Of a stretch of DNA of 64,000 nucleotides, positions 27,244-35,765 are shown one piece after another. Numbering within the stretch: position 1 is the first letter of the stretch; each line of letters begins with the position of its first letter. This DNA is from Candidatus Poseidoniaceae archaeon. Its GTDB lineage: Archaea > Thermoplasmatota > Poseidoniia > Poseidoniales > Poseidoniaceae. The translations under genes were made by a program, and so were the position numbers. Under the pieces are notes generated by a model. It saw nothing but the letters and a program-made list of their open reading frames with translations. It did not search any database and had not been told where the DNA came from. The stretch lies in contig CASICQ010000006.1 of the NCBI GenBank assembly GCA_949373235.1, forward strand, positions 4,358 to 68,357, written 5' to 3'.

Positions 27244-27735
27244 TTGACGACTCTCTATGATATTCCCGCAGAAATGTTGAACCCCGCACTTGCTGCGCGA
27301 TTGGCTGAAGAAAAGGCCGTGGAAACCCCAGAATGGGCTGAATTTGTCAAAACTGGTGTTTCACGAGAGCGCCCACCAAGCCAAGATAACTGGTGGTTCC
27401 TTCGATCCGCTGCACTCATGCGCAAGCTCGCACGTGAAGGACCAATGGGCGTAACCCACTTGTCCCAAGCCTACGGTGGACGCAAGGACAACGGCGCAGC
27501 ACCAAACACCCCAGGTGTCGCATCACGCCACATCATCCGAACCGCACTCCAACAACTCGAAGCCTCCGGACTCGTCGAAAAAGTTCCAACACGAACCGTC
27601 GAGACCGAAGAAGGCCAACAACAACTCTACGCAGGTCGCCGCATCACAGCAGCCGGCCACAAAATGATTGACGCTGTCGCTCACTCTTGCCGGGCTGACG
27701 CAGACGAACATTACCCAGGACTTGCAAAGTACTGA
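27244..27735 (+). CDS. rps19e: 30S ribosomal protein S19e
   Basis: PEWAEFVKTGVSRERPP..WWFLRSAA, YGGRK, IIRTALQQLE; TTG start. Confidence 0.96.
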   Translation: MTTLYDIPAEMLNPALAARLAEEKAVETPEWAEFVKTGVSRERPPSQDNWWFLRSAALMRKLAREGPMGVTHLSQAYGGRKDNGAAPNTPGVASRHIIRTALQQLEASGLVEKVPTRTVETEEGQQQLYAGRRITAAGHKMIDAVAHSCRADADEHYPGLAKY

Positions 27736-27760
27736 AGAGGAAGTGAAGAGGGTGGCCAGC

Positions 27761-28120
27761 ATGTCGACATCTCAAGATGACGAACTCAACATGATTCGCG
27801 AACAACGTCGCGCAGCCCTCCAACAACAGTTCGAAGCACAAGCCTCCCAACAGGCTGATGCAGAAGTTAAAGCTCAACAAGCACAGGTCGAAGCGGCGCA
27901 AATTGATGGTGTTATGCGAACGCTGCTTACCAACGATGCACGTGCACGCATTGCAACCGTTGCACTTGCGACCCCTGCACGGGCAGCATCGATCAAACAA
28001 TCCATCCTCCAACTCCACCAACAGGGCAAATTCACCGCCCCCATGTCCGATGAGCAACTCAAGCAGTTGCTCGCTTCCCACTCGAAGAGCCGCCGTAGTG
28101 CGTCCATCCGAAGAATCTGA
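27761..28120 (+). CDS. PDCD5-like DNA-binding protein
   Basis: [29 protein letters not shown] and terminal IRRI; conserved position after rps19e. Confidence 0.9.
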   Translation: MSTSQDDELNMIREQRRAALQQQFEAQASQQADAEVKAQQAQVEAAQIDGVMRTLLTNDARARIATVALATPARAASIKQSILQLHQQGKFTAPMSDEQLKQLLASHSKSRRSASIRRI

Positions 28121-28134
28121 AAGGGTGCTCGAAT

Positions 28135-28290
28135 ATGTCTAGAAATAAACCAGCCGCAAAAAAAATCCGCCTGATGAAGGTGGGCAAGCAGAATCGGCGT
28201 GTCCCAGTTTGGGTCATGCTAAAGACCGACCGAAACACTGTGTCGCACCCAAAGCGACACCACTGGCGCCGTAGTAAGCTCCAACGCTGA
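28135..28290 (+). CDS. rpl39e: 50S ribosomal protein L39e (not in ORF track)
   Basis: Manual translation [51 protein letters not shown]. Confidence 0.96.
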   Translation: MSRNKPAAKKIRLMKVGKQNRRVPVWVMLKTDRNTVSHPKRHHWRRSKLQR

Positions 28291-28301
28291 GGTGAATATG
28301 T

Positions 28302-28577
28302 ATGGTACGACCAAATGAATCAGAGCTAATTGTCCCACTCCGAAAGGCATGGGCCATCACCCGATACAAGCGCGCTCCACGTGCAATTCAAATCATCCGA
28401 GAACACGTCATCCAGCACCTCAAAGTGCGAGAAGACGAAGAAGTCTGGATTGACCCATCGGTCAACGAGCACATCTGGGCTCGTGGAATTGAAAACCCAC
28501 CTCGCAAAATCAAGCTTCACGTGACCCGTCACGATGAACCTGATATTCCAATCGAAGTCAAACTATCCACGGAGTGA
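28302..28577 (+). CDS. rpl31e: 50S ribosomal protein L31e
   Basis: RYKRAPRAI, IDPSVNEHIWARGIENPPRKI. Confidence 0.96.
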   Translation: MVRPNESELIVPLRKAWAITRYKRAPRAIQIIREHVIQHLKVREDEEVWIDPSVNEHIWARGIENPPRKIKLHVTRHDEPDIPIEVKLSTE

Positions 28578-28583
28578 TTAATT

Positions 28584-28775
28584 ATGGGAAATATTCGACC
28601 AAGTTTTATCAAAATTCGAGCCATCCATCTTGTTGAAGATCATGGGGAGAAATTCACCGACGACTTCGACCACAACAAGAAAATGGTCCAACAACTCACA
28701 GATGTTGAGTCTAAGAAACTCCGCAACTGGATCGCTGGCTACGTGACCACATACCGACAACGCCGAGTCGACTGA
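28584..28775 (+). CDS. rps17e: 30S ribosomal protein S17e
   Basis: [32 protein letters not shown]. Confidence 0.96.
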   Translation: MGNIRPSFIKIRAIHLVEDHGEKFTDDFDHNKKMVQQLTDVESKKLRNWIAGYVTTYRQRRVD

Positions 28776-28789
28776 GCAGGTGCTTTGAC

Positions 28790-29020
28790 GTGGCATTGCG
28801 GGTCAACTGGGACCGCACTCCCGTTTCGATACACCACGACCGCAAGGCTGTCCTCGAAGGACTCATCCTTCATCTTCGCAACAAGCATGGTGTCCGTCGC
28901 CGTTCAATTGTCATGGAAGACAGGGAAGAGGGACCTGGGTTCCTCTTCTTTCTCTACCAAGCATGCGATCCAAGATGGATTGCTGCCTTCGATATCGGGT
29001 CCGTCCTCGAAGAGGAGTGA
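28790..29020 (+). CDS. Small hypothetical protein (76 aa)
   Basis: GTG start after AGGTG; tightly packed between rps17e and trmJ. Confidence 0.6.
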   Translation: MALRVNWDRTPVSIHHDRKAVLEGLILHLRNKHGVRRRSIVMEDREEGPGFLFFLYQACDPRWIAAFDIGSVLEEE

Positions 29021-29026
29021 GAATGA

Positions 29027-29863
29027 ATGGGTGACAGAGCAACACTCCCCTTGCCAACCTCGCCCTACAGCCTATCGATCGTGCTGATTGGCGTTTCCCA
29101 TCCGGGCAACCTCGGGGCCGTGTGCCGTTCGATGCTCAACTATGGTTTTGTCAACTTGCGCCTTGTGGCTCCAAACTGTCAGGCAGATGACATTGAAGCA
29201 AGGAATCGGGCCAAACATGCCGGTAGAGTGCTCGACCAATGCACAACTTACGCCACCCTAGGAGAGGCGACTGCAGATGCTTCGATGGTGATTGGGACCT
29301 CTGGAAAAAGAGAAATTGGAGCCAAAACTAATTTTCGTCACTTCGTTTACCCTTGGGAGTTGGCAGAGCGCGTCAATGAATTCAACGGGCATGTCTGCCT
29401 CGTTTTTGGTGAAGAAGGAAAGGGAATGTCAACTGAAGACTTGGCCAAATGCGATTATTTAGTGACCCTACCGACATGGGAAGGTTACCCGATTGCTAAC
29501 CTTTCACACGCCGTAAATGCCTGCGTATACGAACTGCATCGCTACCGTGTGATCAATGCACAAGGAAAGGAAGCGGGAATGCCAGATGTTGTTCCCCTCG
29601 AACGTGCGCTTCACCCGGAACTGAAACAGGTGTTGTTGCAAACCGTAAAGGAACTCGCAGGAGCGTTACCGGGAAACGATGAACGAAGGCAAAGTTTCCA
29701 ACAATCGCTGATGCGTTCAATCATGCGTTCAATGCCAACTCAAGGGGAGGCCACTCGAATGATTGGCGGCTTACTTGATGCCACAACTGCCATTCAATTC
29801 GTAGAAGGCAACGAAACTTGGCGGAGCCAACGCCGTCGGAAAATCAGTCCCGAAGAGGAATGA
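29027..29863 (+). CDS. trmJ: SPOUT tRNA methyltransferase, TrmJ/LasT family
   Basis: HPGNLGAVCRSMLNYGF, LVFGEEGKGMS, ANLSHAV. Confidence 0.88.
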   Translation: MGDRATLPLPTSPYSLSIVLIGVSHPGNLGAVCRSMLNYGFVNLRLVAPNCQADDIEARNRAKHAGRVLDQCTTYATLGEATADASMVIGTSGKREIGAKTNFRHFVYPWELAERVNEFNGHVCLVFGEEGKGMSTEDLAKCDYLVTLPTWEGYPIANLSHAVNACVYELHRYRVINAQGKEAGMPDVVPLERALHPELKQVLLQTVKELAGALPGNDERRQSFQQSLMRSIMRSMPTQGEATRMIGGLLDATTAIQFVEGNETWRSQRRRKISPEEE

Positions 29864-29869
29864 GACCAC

Positions 29870-30319
29870 TCACGCATACCAGGTAGCAATGCTCTTCGGT
29901 GTTTCTCTCACGTGCATAGCGACCAATTTCAATCGGTTGCCATACGCAGAAACAATGTGAGGATGCACCTGGTCAAAAGCCCACTTGGCAAGATTCTCTG
30001 CTGTTGGTATGAACGAAACAACCAGGGTTCGGTGCCCATCTTCCATGCATGCAAGTGCTGCAAGTGCCTGCTCATCGTGTTCATAGACAACGAAAGCGTG
30101 ATCGATGACGTCGTGGACATGAACCATCAAGATTTCACTTACATCAGAGAAATCCATTACCATGCCTTCATCTGAAGCACCGCTTTCTTGAACCACGTCA
30201 CCTTCAATTTCGGCTTCAAATCTGTATCGATGGCCATGCATGTGTCGGCACTTGCTCTTGTGGTTTGGGACTCGATGGCCGGTATCAGTTTCGACGTATC
30301 TGCGGATTCTTGTTGTCAT
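29870..30319 (-). CDS. queD: 6-carboxy-5,6,7,8-tetrahydropterin synthase
   Basis: GHR..CRHMHGHRY, GMVMDFS, DH, PTAENLA, ETP. Confidence 0.93.
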   Translation of the reverse strand: MTTRIRRYVETDTGHRVPNHKSKCRHMHGHRYRFEAEIEGDVVQESGASDEGMVMDFSDVSEILMVHVHDVIDHAFVVYEHDEQALAALACMEDGHRTLVVSFIPTAENLAKWAFDQVHPHIVSAYGNRLKLVAMHVRETPKSIATWYA

Positions 30320-31470
30320 TCTTCCATCTCCTCGAAGTTCAATGATGCTGAATTGATGCAATATCTGTTGCCTCCATGCTTTCGTGGCCCATCTTCAAAG
30401 ATGTGCCCGAGGTGAGCATCACATTTGGTGCAGCGGACTTCAACCCGGAGCATGCCAAAAGTACGATCCTCAATTTGAACGATACCAGCTCTTCCGTGCT
30501 CGCTGTGGAATGAGGGCCAGCCACAGCCTGAATCAAACTTCATAGCCGATGTGAAGAGAACATGGCCACAGCAGACGCATGTGTATGTGCCCTTGCGTTT
30601 CTCGTCCCAATAGATTCCCGTGAAGGCTTGCTCAGTCCCGCTGTTGCGCGTGACATGGTATTGCAACTCTGATAATTTTTCCTTGTAGTAAGCATCTTTG
30701 TGCTTCCGCTCAGTTTCTAGGGCTGCTTTCAGAACGACCCCCCAAGGTTCAACATATTCGATAGGATCAACTAAATCCAGCGCATTGAAGGCTAATATGC
30801 GTTCAACATCTGAGCCGCTTCGCCCCGAACTCCGGCCGTTTTCATCTGGATTGTAGGAGGTGATTGTGTTCTCAAACACCTTGTCAAAATTCAGTTCAAG
30901 CAGATCGCAAGCCCTTAGTGCATCTTTCAAGATGGTCACCTTATTTCCGTTCAAATAAGGAAGTTCAAACCTCACCCGTTCGCTGTCCCAGTTACCAATT
31001 GCAAAGGCGTGTTCCAATGCAGTGTAAAATTCCGGACGACAATCGGGGTATATTTCATGGTCACCCGAATGAACACCCAGTGCAATCGAAACGTCAGTGG
31101 ATTCCCTTGAGGAAATCGAAAGGGCGTGACCATAGAGAATTGATGCAAAAATAGCGTTTCGATTTGGTACAACCGTGGCCTTCATTTGCTCTTCTTCATA
31201 GTGGCCTTCAGGGATTTCCGCTCCTCCATCAAGCAAAGCGGAATCAAACAGGCTCATTGCACCGGTTAAATCCACTACAGTATGATCTACGCTGGCTCCT
31301 TTAGAACGTAGATATTCGATGTTTTGTTGAGCCCTTTGGAGCTCGACGCTGTGCTTTTGACCGTATCTGTATGAGATACAACTGACCTTTGAGCCATCAG
31401 CCAAAAGGCGAACCAGCAACGCCGTAGAATCCATGCCTCCAGAAAGGGCCATGACAGAGCGCTTTGACAT
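30316..31470 (-). CDS. queC-msrB: 7-cyano-7-deazaguanine synthase QueC (Cys-free Zn site) fused to peptide-methionine (R)-S-oxide reductase MsrB
   Basis: SGGMDS, YGQKH, VPNRN and YPDCRPEF (QueC); then GTEQAF, CVCC, GCGWPSF, CTKCDAHLGHIF.DGP and RYCINS (MsrB), all in one open frame. Confidence 0.93.
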   Translation of the reverse strand: MSKRSVMALSGGMDSTALLVRLLADGSKVSCISYRYGQKHSVELQRAQQNIEYLRSKGASVDHTVVDLTGAMSLFDSALLDGGAEIPEGHYEEEQMKATVVPNRNAIFASILYGHALSISSRESTDVSIALGVHSGDHEIYPDCRPEFYTALEHAFAIGNWDSERVRFELPYLNGNKVTILKDALRACDLLELNFDKVFENTITSYNPDENGRSSGRSGSDVERILAFNALDLVDPIEYVEPWGVVLKAALETERKHKDAYYKEKLSELQYHVTRNSGTEQAFTGIYWDEKRKGTYTCVCCGHVLFTSAMKFDSGCGWPSFHSEHGRAGIVQIEDRTFGMLRVEVRCTKCDAHLGHIFEDGPRKHGGNRYCINSASLNFEEMEE

Positions 31471-32132
31471 TAATCCACACCCATCCATTTGTGTGTTTGT
31501 AGACTTAAACGCCACGGAGCGTTCGTTTTGACGACCGCTTCGGTTTCGGCGAAGTTCTTACCGTTCCATTCCACACTCTCGGTGTCCATGTAGCACGGTT
31601 GAAGGAAATGATGTTTGAACCCTTGTTGCAGACCGCTGTATATTTCTAGGTCTTGGCCGACATAGACGCATTTGAGTTCGTCCCCCGTTCGCTGGCGTAT
31701 TTTGACATCTGGGTACATCTGGTCTTTTGGGGAAACGCAAATCCAATCAATCAATCCCTCAGGGATTTCAATGGTTCCGTTCGTTTCCACTGATAAAACG
31801 TAACCGCGTGCTTTCAACAGCCGGTGAAGGGGCCACAGATCGTGAAGCATCGGCTCCCCTCCGGTGAAGATGATTCGCTTGCAATCAAACGCCATAATTT
31901 CGGCAAGAATGTCAATTGCATTCATGTTTTTGAAGGTCATAAAGTCCGTATCGCACCACTCGCAACGCAAATTGCATGTTCCCAATCGAACGAATACGTG
32001 CGGTATACCGGCGTGAAACCCTTCTCCTTGTACCGAATGAAAAATCTCGACAATCGGATAGACCATTGCCAGGTCTGTTGGATTGTCCACTGGCGCATCC
32101 CCAGCGATGTGGCAGGACTCTTCATCGCTCAT
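31470..32132 (-). CDS. queE: 7-carboxy-7-deazaguanine synthase (radical SAM)
   Basis: EIFHSVQGEG, CNLRCEWCDT, TGGEP, ETNGT, SPK, LQP, QTHK. Confidence 0.93.
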   Translation of the reverse strand: MSDEESCHIAGDAPVDNPTDLAMVYPIVEIFHSVQGEGFHAGIPHVFVRLGTCNLRCEWCDTDFMTFKNMNAIDILAEIMAFDCKRIIFTGGEPMLHDLWPLHRLLKARGYVLSVETNGTIEIPEGLIDWICVSPKDQMYPDVKIRQRTGDELKCVYVGQDLEIYSGLQQGFKHHFLQPCYMDTESVEWNGKNFAETEAVVKTNAPWRLSLQTHKWMGVD

Positions 32133-32141
32133 TGACTCACT

Positions 32142-32711
32142 TCACAAGGGGCGGGCTTGAATCAATTGCATGAGCTCTTGACGTGCTTCTGGTCGTTCGA
32201 AGAACACGCCTCGCATGGCGGAGGTTGTCATCACTGAATTTTGCTTTTTCACACCGCGGCAGCGCATGCAGCCATGAGATGCTTCGATGATGACGGCGGC
32301 ACCAAGCGGGGCCAAATGCTTCTCCAGATCATCAGCAATGCCTTTTGTGATTCGTTCCTGGTTTTGAAGGCGGCGAGCGTGCAAATCAATGATGCGGGCT
32401 AATTTGCTGATGCCAACAATCCGTTCGACCGGAATGTATGCAATATGGGCGCGCCCATTAAACGGTTGAAGATGATGCTCGCAGGTTGAATGGAATTCTA
32501 TGTCGCGCAACAGCACAATTCCGTCATAACCCTCGCCGTTAAATGTTGAATCAAGAAGATCAGCAGCCTTTAGATTGTATCCTGCAAACAATTCGTCCCA
32601 TGAATCGATTACACGCTGGGGGGTCTTAGCCAACCCTTCGCGTTGTGGATCGTCTTCCAAGTAACCCAAGAGGGTCAATACGGCTTGTTCTGCTTCTGTT
32701 CGTGTTACCAT
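32142..32711 (-). CDS. folE: GTP cyclohydrolase IA
   Basis: REGLAKTPQRV, STCEHH, GISKLAR, RLQNQER, HGCM.CRGV. Confidence 0.96.
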   Translation of the reverse strand: MVTRTEAEQAVLTLLGYLEDDPQREGLAKTPQRVIDSWDELFAGYNLKAADLLDSTFNGEGYDGIVLLRDIEFHSTCEHHLQPFNGRAHIAYIPVERIVGISKLARIIDLHARRLQNQERITKGIADDLEKHLAPLGAAVIIEASHGCMRCRGVKKQNSVMTTSAMRGVFFERPEARQELMQLIQARPL

Positions 32712-32714
32712 GTT

Positions 32715-32885
32715 TCATTCCACCTGACGCCCGTGTCGTGCATCAATCTCATCCAACTGGTCGAGGAGTTTCCGGCAAGCTGTGCGAACGGCATCAGCTA
32801 GGCTCACGAACTTGTGATCATCGCCAACATGCTTTCGCAAATCTTCAACCAACTCGGCTGGCATGTCCAGAGATATTTTGGGCAT
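32715..32885 (-). CDS. Ribbon-helix-helix (CopG/NikR-like) DNA-binding protein, 56 aa (not in ORF track)
   Basis: Manual translation MPKISLDMPAELVEDLRKHVGDDHKFVSLADAVRTACRKLLDQLDEIDARHGRQVE; stop 3 bp before folE; CTTAAA at -29. Confidence 0.85.
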   Translation of the reverse strand: MPKISLDMPAELVEDLRKHVGDDHKFVSLADAVRTACRKLLDQLDEIDARHGRQVE

Positions 32886-32908
32886 GCTCTAGGGTTGAAT
32901 GACCACTG

Positions 32909-32943
32909 TTTAAGTATTACCCTAGTATTACCTGAGTATTATT
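32909..32943 (-). promoter_or_regulatory. TATA element plus three 11-bp-phased AGTATTA(CC/TT) repeats; candidate RHH operator
   Basis: AGTATTACC at 32913-32921 and 32924-32932, AGTATTATT at 32935-32943; abuts the minus-strand CTTAAA (32914-32909). Confidence 0.7.
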
Positions 32944-33041
32944 CCTGCTTGAATGGAAGAGTCATTCTTGATTTGAAGATAGCCCCTTCCCATCTCCGGA
33001 CAAGCGAATGTTCAAGGCATCCCGTATGGGACACCACCTTG

Positions 33042-34544
33042 ATGACAGCAAAGTTGCAACCTCATGAAGCACTTGAGCACCTGCAAAACCTCCGTTTGAA
33101 TACGGGGGAAATGGACACAAAAGGGCTGTCTGATGAGGTCATTGCACGCTTTTGTGAACTTGATCCAAAGCTCACTCAAGCCATCGCCGAAGCGACAACA
33201 CGGTTTGACGAGGTCGTATCTGAGTTTGGCCTCGAAACCCTTCAACACACAGAGGCAGAACTTGTCAAGGTTCTCCAACATGATTACGTAAATTTCTACG
33301 CGCCTGCTACTGTGAATCCATACATTGCCCTTGCAGGACGAGGACCGTGGATTGTCACCGCTTACGGTGCTGTACTGCACGACAACGGCGGCTACGGCAT
33401 GCTTGGCGCAGGGCATGGCCCTGAAGCCGTCATCGAAGCCATGTCTGGAAATTGGGTCATGGCCAATGTTATGACGCCTTCCTTCAGTCAAAAGCGCCTT
33501 GCTGAACGTCTCGAGCGAGAACTTGGCCACACGCGTGGTTTTTGCCCCTTTACCAAATTTATTTGCATGAACAGCGGTTCAGAATCCGTAACGGTCAGCC
33601 TTCGAATTGCAGATGTCAATGCACGCACCCACACAGGGCCTGGTGGGAAGCACGAAGGAAAAGAAATCAAACTTCTTGCCATCGAAAAAGCCTTCCACGG
33701 TCGCACAGACCGACCTGCCCAAATCTCCCATTCGTGTAAGGGTTCATACGACAAAAACCTAGCAACTTTCAGGGACCGCGATAATTTGCTTCTTGTTCCC
33801 GCAAATGATATTGCATCTCTCGAGGCAATGTTTCAGCGCGCAGATGATGAAAATTGGTTCATTGAATTGATGGCCATTGAGCCGGTTCAGGGCGAAGGCA
33901 ATCCCGGAGCATGCGTTGACCGTGAATTTTACGATGCTGCTCGTCGTCTCACCCTTGAACACGGTTCAATGCTGTTGGTCGATTCCATCCAAGCAGGGAT
34001 CCGTGGCCAAGGATGCTTGTCCATTATTGATTATGACGGGTTCCAAGATGCAGAGGTCCCTGACCTCGAAACATGGTCCAAGGCACTGAACGCAGGACAG
34101 TATCCACTCTCCGTTCTTGGAATGAATGAACGGGCTGCTGACAACTACGTGGTCGGAATCTATGGCAACACGATGACAACAAATCCAAGAGCGCTCGAAA
34201 CGGCTTGCGCTGTGCTTGATAGCATGACTCCCGAACTGCGAGCCAACATCAAAGATCGTGGTGACGAATTTGTCGAGAAACTCATTGCACTGGGCGAAGA
34301 AATGCCAGGCATCATTACGAAAGTGCAAGGAACAGGGCTTCTCCTCAGTGCTGAACTCGTGCCGGAACAATTTCCAGTCGTTGGATTTGACGCCGTTGAA
34401 CCATGGTGCCGTCGTCACGGATTAGGCGTCATTCATGGTGGAAGCAATGCGCTAAGGTTCACCCCGCACTTTTCCATCACTTCAGAAGAAATCGACCTCA
34501 TCATCGATGTGGTAAGGGATTCCTTTGTAGCGTTCTCTGCTTGA
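33042..34544 (+). CDS. lat: Class III PLP aminotransferase, L-lysine 6-aminotransferase type
   Basis: GLSD..VNFY..PYIALAGRGPW..DNGGYGMLG.GH N-terminal pattern of the long-form LAT; NSGSES, FHGRT, EPVQGEG, DSIQAG, SKALNAG. Confidence 0.8.
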   Translation: MTAKLQPHEALEHLQNLRLNTGEMDTKGLSDEVIARFCELDPKLTQAIAEATTRFDEVVSEFGLETLQHTEAELVKVLQHDYVNFYAPATVNPYIALAGRGPWIVTAYGAVLHDNGGYGMLGAGHGPEAVIEAMSGNWVMANVMTPSFSQKRLAERLERELGHTRGFCPFTKFICMNSGSESVTVSLRIADVNARTHTGPGGKHEGKEIKLLAIEKAFHGRTDRPAQISHSCKGSYDKNLATFRDRDNLLLVPANDIASLEAMFQRADDENWFIELMAIEPVQGEGNPGACVDREFYDAARRLTLEHGSMLLVDSIQAGIRGQGCLSIIDYDGFQDAEVPDLETWSKALNAGQYPLSVLGMNERAADNYVVGIYGNTMTTNPRALETACAVLDSMTPELRANIKDRGDEFVEKLIALGEEMPGIITKVQGTGLLLSAELVPEQFPVVGFDAVEPWCRRHGLGVIHGGSNALRFTPHFSITSEEIDLIIDVVRDSFVAFSA

Positions 34545-35765
34545 TTAAGAAAGACTTGTCACAATGTCTTCTCGGTTGAACTGCCTGCTTGCATAGTAGG
34601 CTGCTAATGCTGCATAGACGATGCTTGTGCCTGCCCAAATGAGGATGTGTTCTGCGATGACTCTGTTCATCAGCAGTTCGCGAAGTGCCAACAGGATGTT
34701 AACGACTGGTATAGCGAACCAAAACGATTCAATGCCGTCGAGGTTAATGACCTGTGTGAACAACGCTGGGAAGACAATCAGCAACAGCATTGGTGCCAAT
34801 ATTGATCCTGCCTCTTTGACGCTGTGAGAGCGCATGGCTAAGGCCAGTTCTATGGCTACCACCATGATTGCAAACAACAAAATCGCTGCCACAATTAATG
34901 CAACGGTCAAAACAGAGAGTTCGGGCAAGCCAATCACGCTGGACGACGCAAGATAGCCAATGGCAAACAAGAGCCCACAGATTTGCAAGACCACGCCTAC
35001 ACCGGTAATTGTGGCGACCGCGACCCATTTCCCGAGCAGCAATTCCATCCTTGTGCAAGGCAGGCACAGGAGGGCTTCCAGCGTACCTCTCTCCCGCTCA
35101 CCAGCGGTCATGTCAATGGATGGTTGCAGTGCACTGGAATAGGTCCAAATGGCAAGAACCAACGGAATGAACAGGGACAAAAGCATGCCTGCTTGTTCTC
35201 CACTGGTTGCCACATCGCTTTGGCTTACGTCACCATCCCAACGCAATGGATCAAGGGTTGTGTTGACATCAAGGCCTGAATCGACAATCCTTCGTTCGAC
35301 TTCTTCGGATTCCCAAGTGCTTAGGGCATCGAGCAACCTGTTCCAAGCTTCGTTGGAACGCTCTGACGTCGAAAGATGCAAAATGGCATAGTTCCATGTT
35401 GAATTATCTTGTTCAAACCTTAGCACTGCGTCAACAGACAAGTTTCGAACGCGGTCTAAATCTTCACCTGGTTCTGAGAGCACGGTCAGGTTTGGTAATT
35501 CTTCGTAGACAATCTGTATGCTTACATTGTGGATCGCTTGTTCAAGGCTTGGTTCCATCAAATCGGTTTGGACAATGACCGTTAACTCAAGAGCGTCTAA
35601 TTCCGCAGCTTCAGATTCCAAAAGCACAGGAAAGAGAATGAACAGCAATGGGAACATCAGCAAAGGAATGACGATGATGGCCATGATGGTCCGCCAATCG
35701 CGAACAAATTCCACCAGCTCCTTCTTCGCAATTGCCTTGATGCGATAGGTTGTCAATTCACTCAT
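34545..35765 (-). CDS. natB: ABC-2 permease, NatB-like
   Basis: KKELVEFVRDWRT, AGERERGTLEALL, SHSVKEA. Confidence 0.85.
   Translation of the reverse strand: MSELTTYRIKAIAKKELVEFVRDWRTIMAIIVIPLLMFPLLFILFPVLLESEAAELDALELTVIVQTDLMEPSLEQAIHNVSIQIVYEELPNLTVLSEPGEDLDRVRNLSVDAVLRFEQDNSTWNYAILHLSTSERSNEAWNRLLDALSTWESEEVERRIVDSGLDVNTTLDPLRWDGDVSQSDVATSGEQAGMLLSLFIPLVLAIWTYSSALQPSIDMTAGERERGTLEALLCLPCTRMELLLGKWVAVATITGVGVVLQICGLLFAIGYLASSSVIGLPELSVLTVALIVAAILLFAIMVVAIELALAMRSHSVKEAGSILAPMLLLIVFPALFTQVINLDGIESFWFAIPVVNILLALRELLMNRVIAEHILIWAGTSIVYAALAAYYASRQFNREDIVTSLS

Noticed and set aside
29870-32711. 7-deazaguanine DNA-modification (dpd) defence island
   Set aside because: No dpdA/tgt-like transglycosylase, helicase or mobility genes in the window; core-genome context fits archaeosine precursor synthesis.
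32712-32910. preQ1 riboswitch upstream of folE
   Set aside because: The space is occupied by the RHH coding sequence, and I see no preQ1 aptamer stem with an A-rich tail.
32814-33041. N-terminal extension of the aminotransferase in the ORF track
   Set aside because: It overlaps the RHH gene and promoter; recognisable LAT similarity starts near MTAKLQ, with a TTCAAG element upstream.
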